A stretch of DNA of 64,000 nucleotides, taken from the NCBI GenBank assembly GCA_964619625.1, contig CAZUFD010000003.1, positions 30,282 to 94,281 of the forward strand, written 5' to 3'. The notes beneath the pieces were generated by a model. That model did not search any database and had not been told where the DNA came from. It saw only the letters and a program-made list of their open reading frames with translations. Below, in pieces: positions 9,744 to 17,505 of the stretch (its first letter is position 1; every line of letters starts with the position of its first letter). The position numbers and the translations under genes are program-made. This DNA is from an uncultured Gammaproteobacteria bacterium. GTDB taxonomy: Bacteria; Patescibacteriota; Patescibacteriia; Magasanikbacterales; GWA2-37-8.

Positions 9744-10097
9744 ATGAAATGGAAAAAGGTTGATCGGGTAAATAAAGGGATTACCATAACCGGAAATCAT
9801 GGTGTCCCGCCAACAAGATGGTGGAACCACTGGTGGCTTGCACTCTTCGGCTGGAAGACAATTGTCACGTTCCGTCTTCCTGACGAGGTAGTAGCAAGCG
9901 GGTACCATGTGGGCTTCACGGCCAAAGACGGCAAGTCATGGTGCAAGCGCGCAGTCGCGCACGATAAGTTCTTTAGCATGAAAATCGGGTACGAGGATTG
10001 CAAGTTCTGGGTCAAAACAGCCCGCAATCCCGAACAGCCCGATACGGGTGGCGCAGTGATTTTGCCCGAGCTCATCAGCAGAGGGCCTCTTCACTAA
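9744..10097 (+). CDS. GC-rich small protein, family X copy 2 (hypothetical, 117 aa, Trp-rich N-terminus)
   Basis: GAGGAG SD; ATG 11 nt after Y2 stop (operon); WWNHWWLALFGW segment. Confidence 0.65.
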   Translation: MKWKKVDRVNKGITITGNHGVPPTRWWNHWWLALFGWKTIVTFRLPDEVVASGYHVGFTAKDGKSWCKRAVAHDKFFSMKIGYEDCKFWVKTARNPEQPDTGGAVILPELISRGPLH

Positions 10098-10169
10098 GAT
10101 GCGGCCATCTTTTCCAAGACGTACCCGCCGCAAGGCGTTTTGGAAATAAAAAACTTGCGGTTTGAACAA

Positions 10170-10202
10170 AAATAACCTTCTCATGAAGGTTATTTTTGTT
10201 TT
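10170..10202 (+). terminator. intrinsic terminator (AAATAACCTTC-TCAT-GAAGGTTATTT + TTGTTTT)
   Basis: 11-bp stem plus T-run downstream of X2. Confidence 0.55.
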
Positions 10203-10261
10203 CCACCACACTATTCATTTTAGTTCTTATACTTAAACATAGATTGTGGTATAATAAATTT

Positions 10262-10438
10262 ATGTCAAAGCTAATTAGACGAAAAAGAGGAGATACAAAA
10301 ATAGGCACCATTGAAAAGATATATGGAAGGGATTTTGGTACGCGTTCAGATGCTAAGTTAGGAAATTTCTTAGAAAAAAATGGCTATGATTCATTAAGCG
10401 AGCTTTTAAGAAAAGATGACAAAAAAAGATCTAGATAA
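10262..10438 (+). CDS. hypothetical small basic protein (58 aa)
   Basis: Internal ATG of ORF 10196-10438; MSKLIRRKRGDTKIGTIEKIYGRDF; AT-rich. Confidence 0.35.
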   Translation: MSKLIRRKRGDTKIGTIEKIYGRDFGTRSDAKLGNFLEKNGYDSLSELLRKDDKKRSR

Positions 10439-11042
10439 TTTAATAAATGACGTACCAGCCCTCGAACATCTCGCTGGGCGTTTTTTATTTATAAAGGATG
10501 AAGAATTAAGACAGAATATTACCATTGCATTCCAATATATTATATTTTTAATTGCTGTTGAGGGTCAAATTACGTGGCCAGGACCAATTATATATTCTAT
10601 TTTTAAGGATATTATGGTTTACACCGGAAGCATTGTTGAGTCTTGTTTGAGGTATTGCATTAAAGAATATTTTAAGGCAGGTAAGATAGATCCTAAGGAT
10701 GTGATGATTGCAGAATGGAAAATAAATAAACACTTTCAAATTTATAAAATAGACGATAACACAGAGGTGTGTTCTTTGGTGAGGCATAAAAAATTTGAAG
10801 ATTTTGGTGATGAAACACGCTTTAAAGATATAAATAAAATTGCACAAAAAGTTGGAATTTTAACAAAAGAATTATTTGAAAAAGCTGACAGGATTAGAAT
10901 TGATAGGAATAAAGTGCATGTAGTTGCTACTGGAGAAACCCATGATTATTTTACAAAAGAAAATACACAAGCGACTTTTAAATCTGCAAAAGAGATAATA
11001 CAAAGAGTAGAGGAAAAATTATTAGAACTTAATAATAAATAA
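10416..11042 (+). CDS. hypothetical protein (208 aa)
   Basis: Long AT-rich ORF, no recognisable motifs; weak hairpin plus T5 at about 11090-11115. Confidence 0.55.
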   Translation: MTKKDLDNLINDVPALEHLAGRFLFIKDEELRQNITIAFQYIIFLIAVEGQITWPGPIIYSIFKDIMVYTGSIVESCLRYCIKEYFKAGKIDPKDVMIAEWKINKHFQIYKIDDNTEVCSLVRHKKFEDFGDETRFKDINKIAQKVGILTKELFEKADRIRIDRNKVHVVATGETHDYFTKENTQATFKSAKEIIQRVEEKLLELNNK

Positions 11043-11695
11043 AAATTTTTAGTATCTAAAGTAGGGAAGTAGTAACGCTTTGACCGCTGTGGCACCCACC
11101 AGGTGCTTTTTAGTTTATTTAATTTGGCTAACCTAAGCCAAACCTACCCTTTTTGGCTAAGATTAGCCTAATTTATGAGGGTAGGGAAGTTCATTACAAT
11201 TCACTTAGTGCACAGCCCCGTTGCTTGTCTATCACTATGACCTATGTTTCGTCTTATCGACTACTTTATAACTCATATGTGGTTGAGGTGTCGGAGGAAG
11301 AGGTTTGCCTTTGACAGCAGTGACCTCAATTCCTGTTCTACCACCGCGGACTCCAATCAACTCAAGTTGAGCTGAGACAGGAGCCTTTTGGCCGGGTTTG
11401 AGAGCTTTCATATAACTATTATGAAATGCGTGAAACAGGCCGACTAATCCTGCAGCTGCTTAATGCAGCAAGTGGTCAACTGCGAACAGCTGAGGAAAGG
11501 TCAAGTCGGGGCCGTGTATTAAATGAACTGTAGAAGTAATTATACCATTAAATGCCTAAAAGGTTTTATAAGACTGAACGGAGGCAGATTAAAGGATCGT
11601 TAAATACCGTATATATACGTCTCTTAATCTATGTTATACGACATTAAGCACAGAGGGCCCAGGGAGATAAAACCAGCCAAATAAGGCTCTCCCCC
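11040..11695. other. 650-nt ORF-free, highly structured region (candidate ncRNA or att/arm region)
   Basis: No ORF of 60 aa or more on either strand; nested inverted repeats (TTGGCTAACCTAAGCCAA; CCTACCC...GGGTAGG; GGCTAAGATTAGCC; GGGAGA...TCTCCC); repeated GTAGGGAAGT; lies between convergent gene ends. Confidence 0.4.
11634..11642. repeat. candidate att core TTATACGAC (right copy), preceded by CGTCTCTTAAT
   Basis: Matches 7691-7710 motifs. Confidence 0.3.
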
Positions 11696-12715
11696 CTATT
11701 TCCAATATACCTTTTCGCCAAAACGAAGATCTATATATTCCTTTGGTTTTATGGTTGGTAGAATCTGCTTAAAGGTATCTATTTGCGCGTCCAGATTATT
11801 TTTTGGTTGGAAAATAATACTCCAGGATTCTTTGGTATCAATTACCATTCCGGCATTTACATCGTCTAAAACGAAGAATTTAGGCGCTGTCCTCCCCTGC
11901 TCGGCCAACTCTCGCTGCCAGGTAATGGCCGAGGTAATAAATTCAGTTGGTAAGATACCGGATTTCTTTAATTCAATTTCAAGATTTCGTCTGTCATATA
12001 TTAAGGGATATCTGCCAAATAGTTTTCGGATTTTTTCATAATTTGGCGCATGTTTAACCGAGGATGTTGTAATAATTGGTGTGGAAGTGGTGCTGGAAGT
12101 AAACGAAATGCTTAAACTAGTGGTTACAGTTTCCTTTAAAAATTCCCCGGCCTCAACATCCGTTAAATATTTGATTGCGGTTCCTTCGCTATCCAATAAG
12201 AAATATTTCTTACCATTATCATAAATAATAGAGGAAATTTTTTCCTTAACTTCTATATTTAATTCATTAGGAAATACCTTTGTAACCCGAACGCTTTCCA
12301 ATGATAATATATTATATAAATCCTTTGAAATGCTGCCTTCATCAACAAAGAAGTAGTTATTTAAAGGAAGTCTGCTTTTCTTGTTTAAATAATTTTGAAA
12401 TACGACTTGATCCAATTCTGCTCTGGTATTATTTTCCAGTCCAAAATAATTAACTTTATTAATTCTAAAGTATGGTAAATATGCCAAGCAGGCCGCCCAG
12501 GATATAAGTAAAATAAGAAGTATAATCAACTTTAGCTTGGGACTTCTCTGTTTCTGTCTTCGCTCCGCTTTAAATGGATTTGATTTATAATGTAATGACT
12601 GGTTTGGAGCGGCAACAGAGTATTGTTTTTTTCTAAAAAGGCGTAAAATTTTTTTACGCCAGCTTACGTGGGGTTTATATTTTTCAAAAGCGTGTTCAGA
12701 ACGGAAATGCTTCAT
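11696..12715 (-). CDS. cell division protein FtsQ/DivIB-like (POTRA-containing membrane protein)
   Basis: Basic cytoplasmic N-terminus, single TM (LILLILLISWAACLAYL), periplasmic domain; follows mre/PBP2 region on the same strand. Confidence 0.5.
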   Translation of the reverse strand: MKHFRSEHAFEKYKPHVSWRKKILRLFRKKQYSVAAPNQSLHYKSNPFKAERRQKQRSPKLKLIILLILLISWAACLAYLPYFRINKVNYFGLENNTRAELDQVVFQNYLNKKSRLPLNNYFFVDEGSISKDLYNILSLESVRVTKVFPNELNIEVKEKISSIIYDNGKKYFLLDSEGTAIKYLTDVEAGEFLKETVTTSLSISFTSSTTSTPIITTSSVKHAPNYEKIRKLFGRYPLIYDRRNLEIELKKSGILPTEFITSAITWQRELAEQGRTAPKFFVLDDVNAGMVIDTKESWSIIFQPKNNLDAQIDTFKQILPTIKPKEYIDLRFGEKVYWK

Positions 12716-12726
12716 GTGTGGATAAG

Positions 12727-13962
12727 TTAAAGTTTTTTGAATCCGGTATATTTACGCAAAGCCCTTGGTATGAGCACGCTACCATCCCTTTGTTGATGAT
12801 TTTCTATAAGCGCCAGAGGGAATCTGCTGGACACAATGGCCGTGCCATTTAGGGTATGCACAAATTCATTTGAACCATCTTCTTTTTTGTATTTTATATT
12901 TAATCTGCGCGCCTGGTAGTCGGTACAGTTACTAGTACTAGTAATTTCTCCGTAATCATTTTTCATGGTCATCCAGGCTTCAATATCGTACTTTCTGTAT
13001 GCCGGTCCGCCCAAATCACCGCTGGCAACATCTATCACTCTGTACGGCAAATCTAAGCCGTCAGCTATCTTTTGCTCTAGTTTTAAAAGCTCCTGGTGCA
13101 TTTTCTCGCTATCTTCCGGTTTGCAATAAATAAACATCTCTAATTTGGTGAATTGGTGTACACGGTATAAGCCTTTACTGGTTTTACCGTAAGCGCCGGC
13201 TTCGGTACGGAAACAATGAGAAATAGCCGCGTATTTTTTTGGTCCTTTGCTTAAATCAAGCACCTCGTCGGCATGGTAGCCTCCCATGGTAATTTCGGCG
13301 GTGCCGATAAGGCTAAGGTCGGTATTTTCTACGGAATATACCTGGGTTTCGGTGCCCCGTGGATTGAAACCAACACCCGAAAGTATTTCGTTTTTAGCTA
13401 AATCAGGGGTTTCTACGAGAGTAAAGCCATTTTTTTCTAATACATCCATCCCATAGTTAAGCATTGCCTGGTTTAAGCGCACCAGATTATTTTTTGCAAA
13501 ATAAAATTTGGAAGCAGCTACTTTAGCGCCTCTTTCAAAGTCTATTAAGTCTAAGCTGAGCATTAACTCATCATGGTCTTTTGGCTGGAAAGAAAATTTG
13601 GGAGGATTTCCTTCTTTGGCCACTATCCTGTAATCATCCTCCCCGCCTATCGGACTTTCCGGATGAGTAAGATTTGGAACTCGTAGTAAAAGTTCTTTGT
13701 ATTTATTTTCTGCCTCTTCGGCATTTTTTTCTAAAATTGCAATATCATCCCCCATCTTGCGCAGTCTGATAATATCATCTTCGCTTGGTTTGCCTTTTGA
13801 TTGGCTTTTTCTTTGGGACCGCAGTTCCTCTACCCCCTTTTGCGTTTCCCGCCTCTCCTCGTCTAATTTAAGCAAGGCATCTACATCTATAGACACATGA
13901 CGATTTTTACAGTTCTCTTTTATTAATTCTTTGTTTTCACGGATGAATTTTATGTCTAGCAT
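12727..13962 (-). CDS. serS: serine--tRNA ligase
   Basis: N-terminal coiled-coil arm (MLDIKFIRENKELIKEN) plus class II core motifs. Confidence 0.95.
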   Translation of the reverse strand: MLDIKFIRENKELIKENCKNRHVSIDVDALLKLDEERRETQKGVEELRSQRKSQSKGKPSEDDIIRLRKMGDDIAILEKNAEEAENKYKELLLRVPNLTHPESPIGGEDDYRIVAKEGNPPKFSFQPKDHDELMLSLDLIDFERGAKVAASKFYFAKNNLVRLNQAMLNYGMDVLEKNGFTLVETPDLAKNEILSGVGFNPRGTETQVYSVENTDLSLIGTAEITMGGYHADEVLDLSKGPKKYAAISHCFRTEAGAYGKTSKGLYRVHQFTKLEMFIYCKPEDSEKMHQELLKLEQKIADGLDLPYRVIDVASGDLGGPAYRKYDIEAWMTMKNDYGEITSTSNCTDYQARRLNIKYKKEDGSNEFVHTLNGTAIVSSRFPLALIENHQQRDGSVLIPRALRKYTGFKKL

Positions 13963-13972
13963 ACAAGTACTT

Positions 13973-15004
13973 TTACTTTAATTTGATATATTTTAATAGA
14001 ACTTTTTTGTTGCTTTTTGATTGAATAAGTTTTTTATTCAATGGCAACATGTCTGCTTTTAAAGCTTCTGTATAAGTAAACCACCCATAATCTGAACTTT
14101 CTGAAGGCGCAAGTTTTAGCTTGCCGGATTTTATCGTACAAACACACATAAAAAGATGGACCTGATAGGCATCCTCTTTGACCAAGGTAGTAACAATATC
14201 GGGCATCTGCTGTTGTATCTGTACTTTAAAACCGGTTTCTTCCAATACTTCATTGTGCAGTGTTTGGATAAATGTTTCTCCGCCCTCTACGCCTCCGCCG
14301 GGAAATTCCCATTTATCATTAAATTCCGGACGAAAATCTCGGCGTTTAGTCATAAGCATTTTACCATCTTTCACAATAATTCCGGCGGCGCAGATAAGCT
14401 GATACGGCTGATAATTTTTCATTAAAAAATATTTTAACTGAATGGTCATCTTTCCTCTCTGACTTACGGTATTTTTTTCAAGCACCGGCATTTCCGCAAA
14501 TAATTTTTTCATTGGCGGGTAATAAAAGATAGAGGCATAGCCCATATTTTCTTGCACATGCGGAAGCATTTTTTTAGCTATAACCCCATCGGTTCTGCCT
14601 TTAAAAATAGTGAAACTATTAGTCGTTGGATTATATAAACAACCGGAAGTTTCAAAATAAGCCGCGCGCTTTTTATCTGGAACCCCCTCTAATTTTTTTA
14701 ACACCGCATTGTTTCGTTCTATGGCCGTAGCCCCTAATCGTTTTGCCTTTACTCCCGGTTCTCCGTTTAAATAATCAATAAATAATCCGGTATCTTCGGC
14801 AACGGTAAGTAAACCTGTTTTTTTAGCAAAAAACCGTGCTTTTTCCAAAGCATTTTCCCAGGTAGTAGCGTGGGGTTCATCCACCTCTATTCCATTCAGT
14901 TTAAGATCTGTAAGATTGACAAACTTAAAATGCAGGTCCGCAAGCTCAGCCGTTATTTCTTCAAACTTAGCTTTGTTCGTTGTGGCAATAAGGATTTTTT
15001 TCAT
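13973..15004 (-). CDS. fusion protein: non-canonical purine NTP pyrophosphatase (RdgB/Ham1) + Nudix hydrolase
   Basis: N-terminal Ham1 motifs (KILIATTNKAKFEE, TGLLTVAEDTGLFID); C-terminal Nudix box GGGVEGGETFIQTLHNEVLEETG. Confidence 0.8.
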   Translation of the reverse strand: MKKILIATTNKAKFEEITAELADLHFKFVNLTDLKLNGIEVDEPHATTWENALEKARFFAKKTGLLTVAEDTGLFIDYLNGEPGVKAKRLGATAIERNNAVLKKLEGVPDKKRAAYFETSGCLYNPTTNSFTIFKGRTDGVIAKKMLPHVQENMGYASIFYYPPMKKLFAEMPVLEKNTVSQRGKMTIQLKYFLMKNYQPYQLICAAGIIVKDGKMLMTKRRDFRPEFNDKWEFPGGGVEGGETFIQTLHNEVLEETGFKVQIQQQMPDIVTTLVKEDAYQVHLFMCVCTIKSGKLKLAPSESSDYGWFTYTEALKADMLPLNKKLIQSKSNKKVLLKYIKLK

Positions 15005-15408
15005 ACTTCCAGTAAGGCTGCGCGTAGTTTAGAACTCTTATATATTTCCGGTTTAAATGCTTCCAGACGCACGATTTGTACGTGTTTTTTTACAATATCT
15101 TGCAGCTTGTCGGTAAAAAATTTTTGATCGTATCCGAGTACGATAATATCAGGATCTTCATCAATAATCACCTGATATTTATCTCCGGTATTTCCTAACC
15201 GTATTTTATCGGCAATGTGCAATTTTTCCAGGTTCTTTAAACGCTGTTGTTCATTAAATAGCGGTTGTTGGCCTTTTACGTGCTGCACAGTAGCGTCTCT
15301 GGCCACAATTACCGTAAGATGATCGCCTTGTTTTTTTGCTTCAGTAAGAATATAGGTGTGACCCGGGTGCAGTATATCAAATGTACCGAATGCCAAAACT
15401 TTGCGCAT
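15001..15408 (-). CDS. cytidylyltransferase-fold FAD synthase (RibL-like FMN adenylyltransferase)
   Basis: FGTFDILHPGH nucleotidyltransferase motif; overall similarity to archaeal RibL; overlaps upstream gene by 4 nt. Confidence 0.6.
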   Translation of the reverse strand: MRKVLAFGTFDILHPGHTYILTEAKKQGDHLTVIVARDATVQHVKGQQPLFNEQQRLKNLEKLHIADKIRLGNTGDKYQVIIDEDPDIIVLGYDQKFFTDKLQDIVKKHVQIVRLEAFKPEIYKSSKLRAALLEV

Positions 15409-15411
15409 ACA

Positions 15412-16872
15412 TTATTTTTCCGGTTTTAAAGTTGGAAACAGGATTACCTCTTTTAGGTTTTGTACGTCCATGAGAAGTTTTATAAGCCTGTCTATACCCA
15501 TGCCAAGACCAGCCGTAGGCGGCATGCCGTGCTTAAGGGCCGTAACAAAATCCTCATCATACGGCATACTCTCCTCATCCCCCGCTTCGTGCAATCTCTC
15601 TTGTTCTTTAAATCTGGATTCTTGATCTATAGGATCATTAAGTTCTGAAAAGCCGTTACAAAGTTCATTTCCACCTACGCAAACCAATTGTAGACGTTCC
15701 ACATATCTAGGATCATCGGCTTTACGTTTAGCCAGTGGTGACAACTCCACCGGATGGTCTATCATGAAAATTGGATTAATAATTTTTGGCCGCGCAAACG
15801 TTTTATATATTTCATCCACCATTTTTCCATAACCTGTATGTGCGTCTACGCCGTCTATATTTAATTTTTTAATCTTTTTATACAAAGACGCTTGATCCGG
15901 AAATTCTTCAATATCTATATCCGCGTACTGCTTAATAAGCTCACGCATAGTTTTGCGCGGATAGGGCGGAGTAAAATCAACTTCCGTATCCTGGACCTTA
16001 AATTTAAGAGGCAAGCCGGCAGTAGTAATTACCTTTGGTAATAATTCTTCAACTAAATCCATTAAATCTTCGTAATTTGCGTAAGCCCAGTAAAACTCAA
16101 CTTGGGTAAATTCCGGATTGTGGTTGTTGTCTATGCCTTCATTTCTAAAACACTTGGCAATTTCATAGACTTTTTCAAACCCGCCAACAATCAAGCGTTT
16201 TAGATATAATTCCGGCGCAATTCGCAGATACAAAGGAATATCCAGCGCGTTGTGATGCGTGCTAAACGGCTTGGCCAGCGCCCCGCCGTATAAAGTCTGT
16301 AACACGGGGGTCTCAACTTCAAAAAATCCTTTACTGTCAAAATAATTTCTGATTTCACGAACAATAACGCTTCTTACCTTGGCAATTTTCATTGACTCTT
16401 CACTGGCAATAAGATCCAAGTATCTCTGGCGATATCTGGTTTCAATATTTTGCAAGCCGTGGAATTTTTCCGGAAGCGGTAAAAGCGTTTTGCTAAGCAG
16501 GGTATATTTTTTTACTAAAACCGTAAGCTCGCCTTTGTGGGTGATAAAAAGATCGCCTTCTATGTGTAAAAAATCTCCTACATCAAAATGCTTGATAAAA
16601 AATTTATAGGTTTCCTTGCCCAGTTCTTTTTCAGAAAAAGCAAGCTGTATGTTGCCGCTCTCATCTTTTATATGAGAAAAAGTAATTTTCCCCATTTCTC
16701 TTTTGGAAATAAGTCGGCCCGCAACTTTTACCGGGGTATTTTCCGGTTTTTGCAAAGCATCTTTTACGGAGATTCGCTCTTCGGTATGGCTGGGATATGG
16801 ATTGACGCCAAGAGCGCGAAGATGCTCCAATCGTTCCAGTCTTACTTTATCCTCCCTGATTTCGTCTGACAT
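15412..16872 (-). CDS. lysS: lysine--tRNA ligase (class II)
   Basis: OB-fold N-terminus; motif 2 LYLRIAPELYLKRLIVGGFEKVYEIAKCFRNEG. Confidence 0.95.
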   Translation of the reverse strand: MSDEIREDKVRLERLEHLRALGVNPYPSHTEERISVKDALQKPENTPVKVAGRLISKREMGKITFSHIKDESGNIQLAFSEKELGKETYKFFIKHFDVGDFLHIEGDLFITHKGELTVLVKKYTLLSKTLLPLPEKFHGLQNIETRYRQRYLDLIASEESMKIAKVRSVIVREIRNYFDSKGFFEVETPVLQTLYGGALAKPFSTHHNALDIPLYLRIAPELYLKRLIVGGFEKVYEIAKCFRNEGIDNNHNPEFTQVEFYWAYANYEDLMDLVEELLPKVITTAGLPLKFKVQDTEVDFTPPYPRKTMRELIKQYADIDIEEFPDQASLYKKIKKLNIDGVDAHTGYGKMVDEIYKTFARPKIINPIFMIDHPVELSPLAKRKADDPRYVERLQLVCVGGNELCNGFSELNDPIDQESRFKEQERLHEAGDEESMPYDEDFVTALKHGMPPTAGLGMGIDRLIKLLMDVQNLKEVILFPTLKPEK

Positions 16873-16879
16873 AACGGCA

Positions 16880-17353
16880 TTACTTAATTTCTAAAATTTC
16901 GTATATTTGTTTCCCGGCTGGGGTTACCACCGATACTTCATCCCCTACCGCACGGCCAATAAATGTCCCGCCAAGCGGAGATTCGTTAGAAATTTTTCCC
17001 TGTAACGGATCTGCCTCTTGCGGGCCAACAATTGTGTATGATTTTGTCCTATCGCCTGTTTTCACGGTAATATTGCTGCCCATTTGCACTTTTCCCCCCT
17101 GGTCTTGGCCAGCAGATTCTACAATCTCGGCATTATCTAAAATATGCTGCACATCCTGCTTTCTGCCCTGTGCCCAAGCCATTTCTTCCTTGGCTTGGTG
17201 GTATTCGGCGTTTTCCGACAAGTCGCCATGTTGTTTAGCTTCATCTATACGTACGGCAATCTCGGGGATCTTCGTATTTTTTAAATATTCAAGTTCGTTT
17301 TGCAAGTCTGCCAAGCCTTTGGGGGTAAGATACTGGGTTTTTTGATTTAACAT
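16880..17353 (-). CDS. greA: transcription elongation factor GreA
   Basis: YLTPKGLADLQNELEYL...HGDLSENAEYHQAKEE. Confidence 0.9.
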   Translation of the reverse strand: MLNQKTQYLTPKGLADLQNELEYLKNTKIPEIAVRIDEAKQHGDLSENAEYHQAKEEMAWAQGRKQDVQHILDNAEIVESAGQDQGGKVQMGSNITVKTGDRTKSYTIVGPQEADPLQGKISNESPLGGTFIGRAVGDEVSVVTPAGKQIYEILEIK

Positions 17354-17505
17354 ATTTTTGCTAATTTTATAGCTTTTATCTTTAATTTAGATAGAAAAAT
17401 TATAAGCAGAGCTTGAAATTGTGTGGAGTTTCAGAGATAAAAATCAATTTTTATCTCACTGACCTCTAGCGATTATAGCACAGAAGCTTGGGTTTGGTAA
17501 AGAAA

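Noticed and set aside
9387-9908. 173-aa minus-strand ORF spanning Y2 and the start of X2
   Set aside because: Antisense to two genes that each have an SD and paralog support. Ser/Arg/Pro-rich junk translation.
11040-11695. tmRNA / RNase P RNA / tRNA identity for the structured ORF-free region
   Set aside because: Could not find a T-loop GGTTCGAATCC-type motif, a CCA-terminated acceptor stem, a tag-peptide reading frame ending ALAA, or the RNase P CR-IV box. Only a partial CR-I-like GAGGAAAGG was seen, so it is left unclassified.
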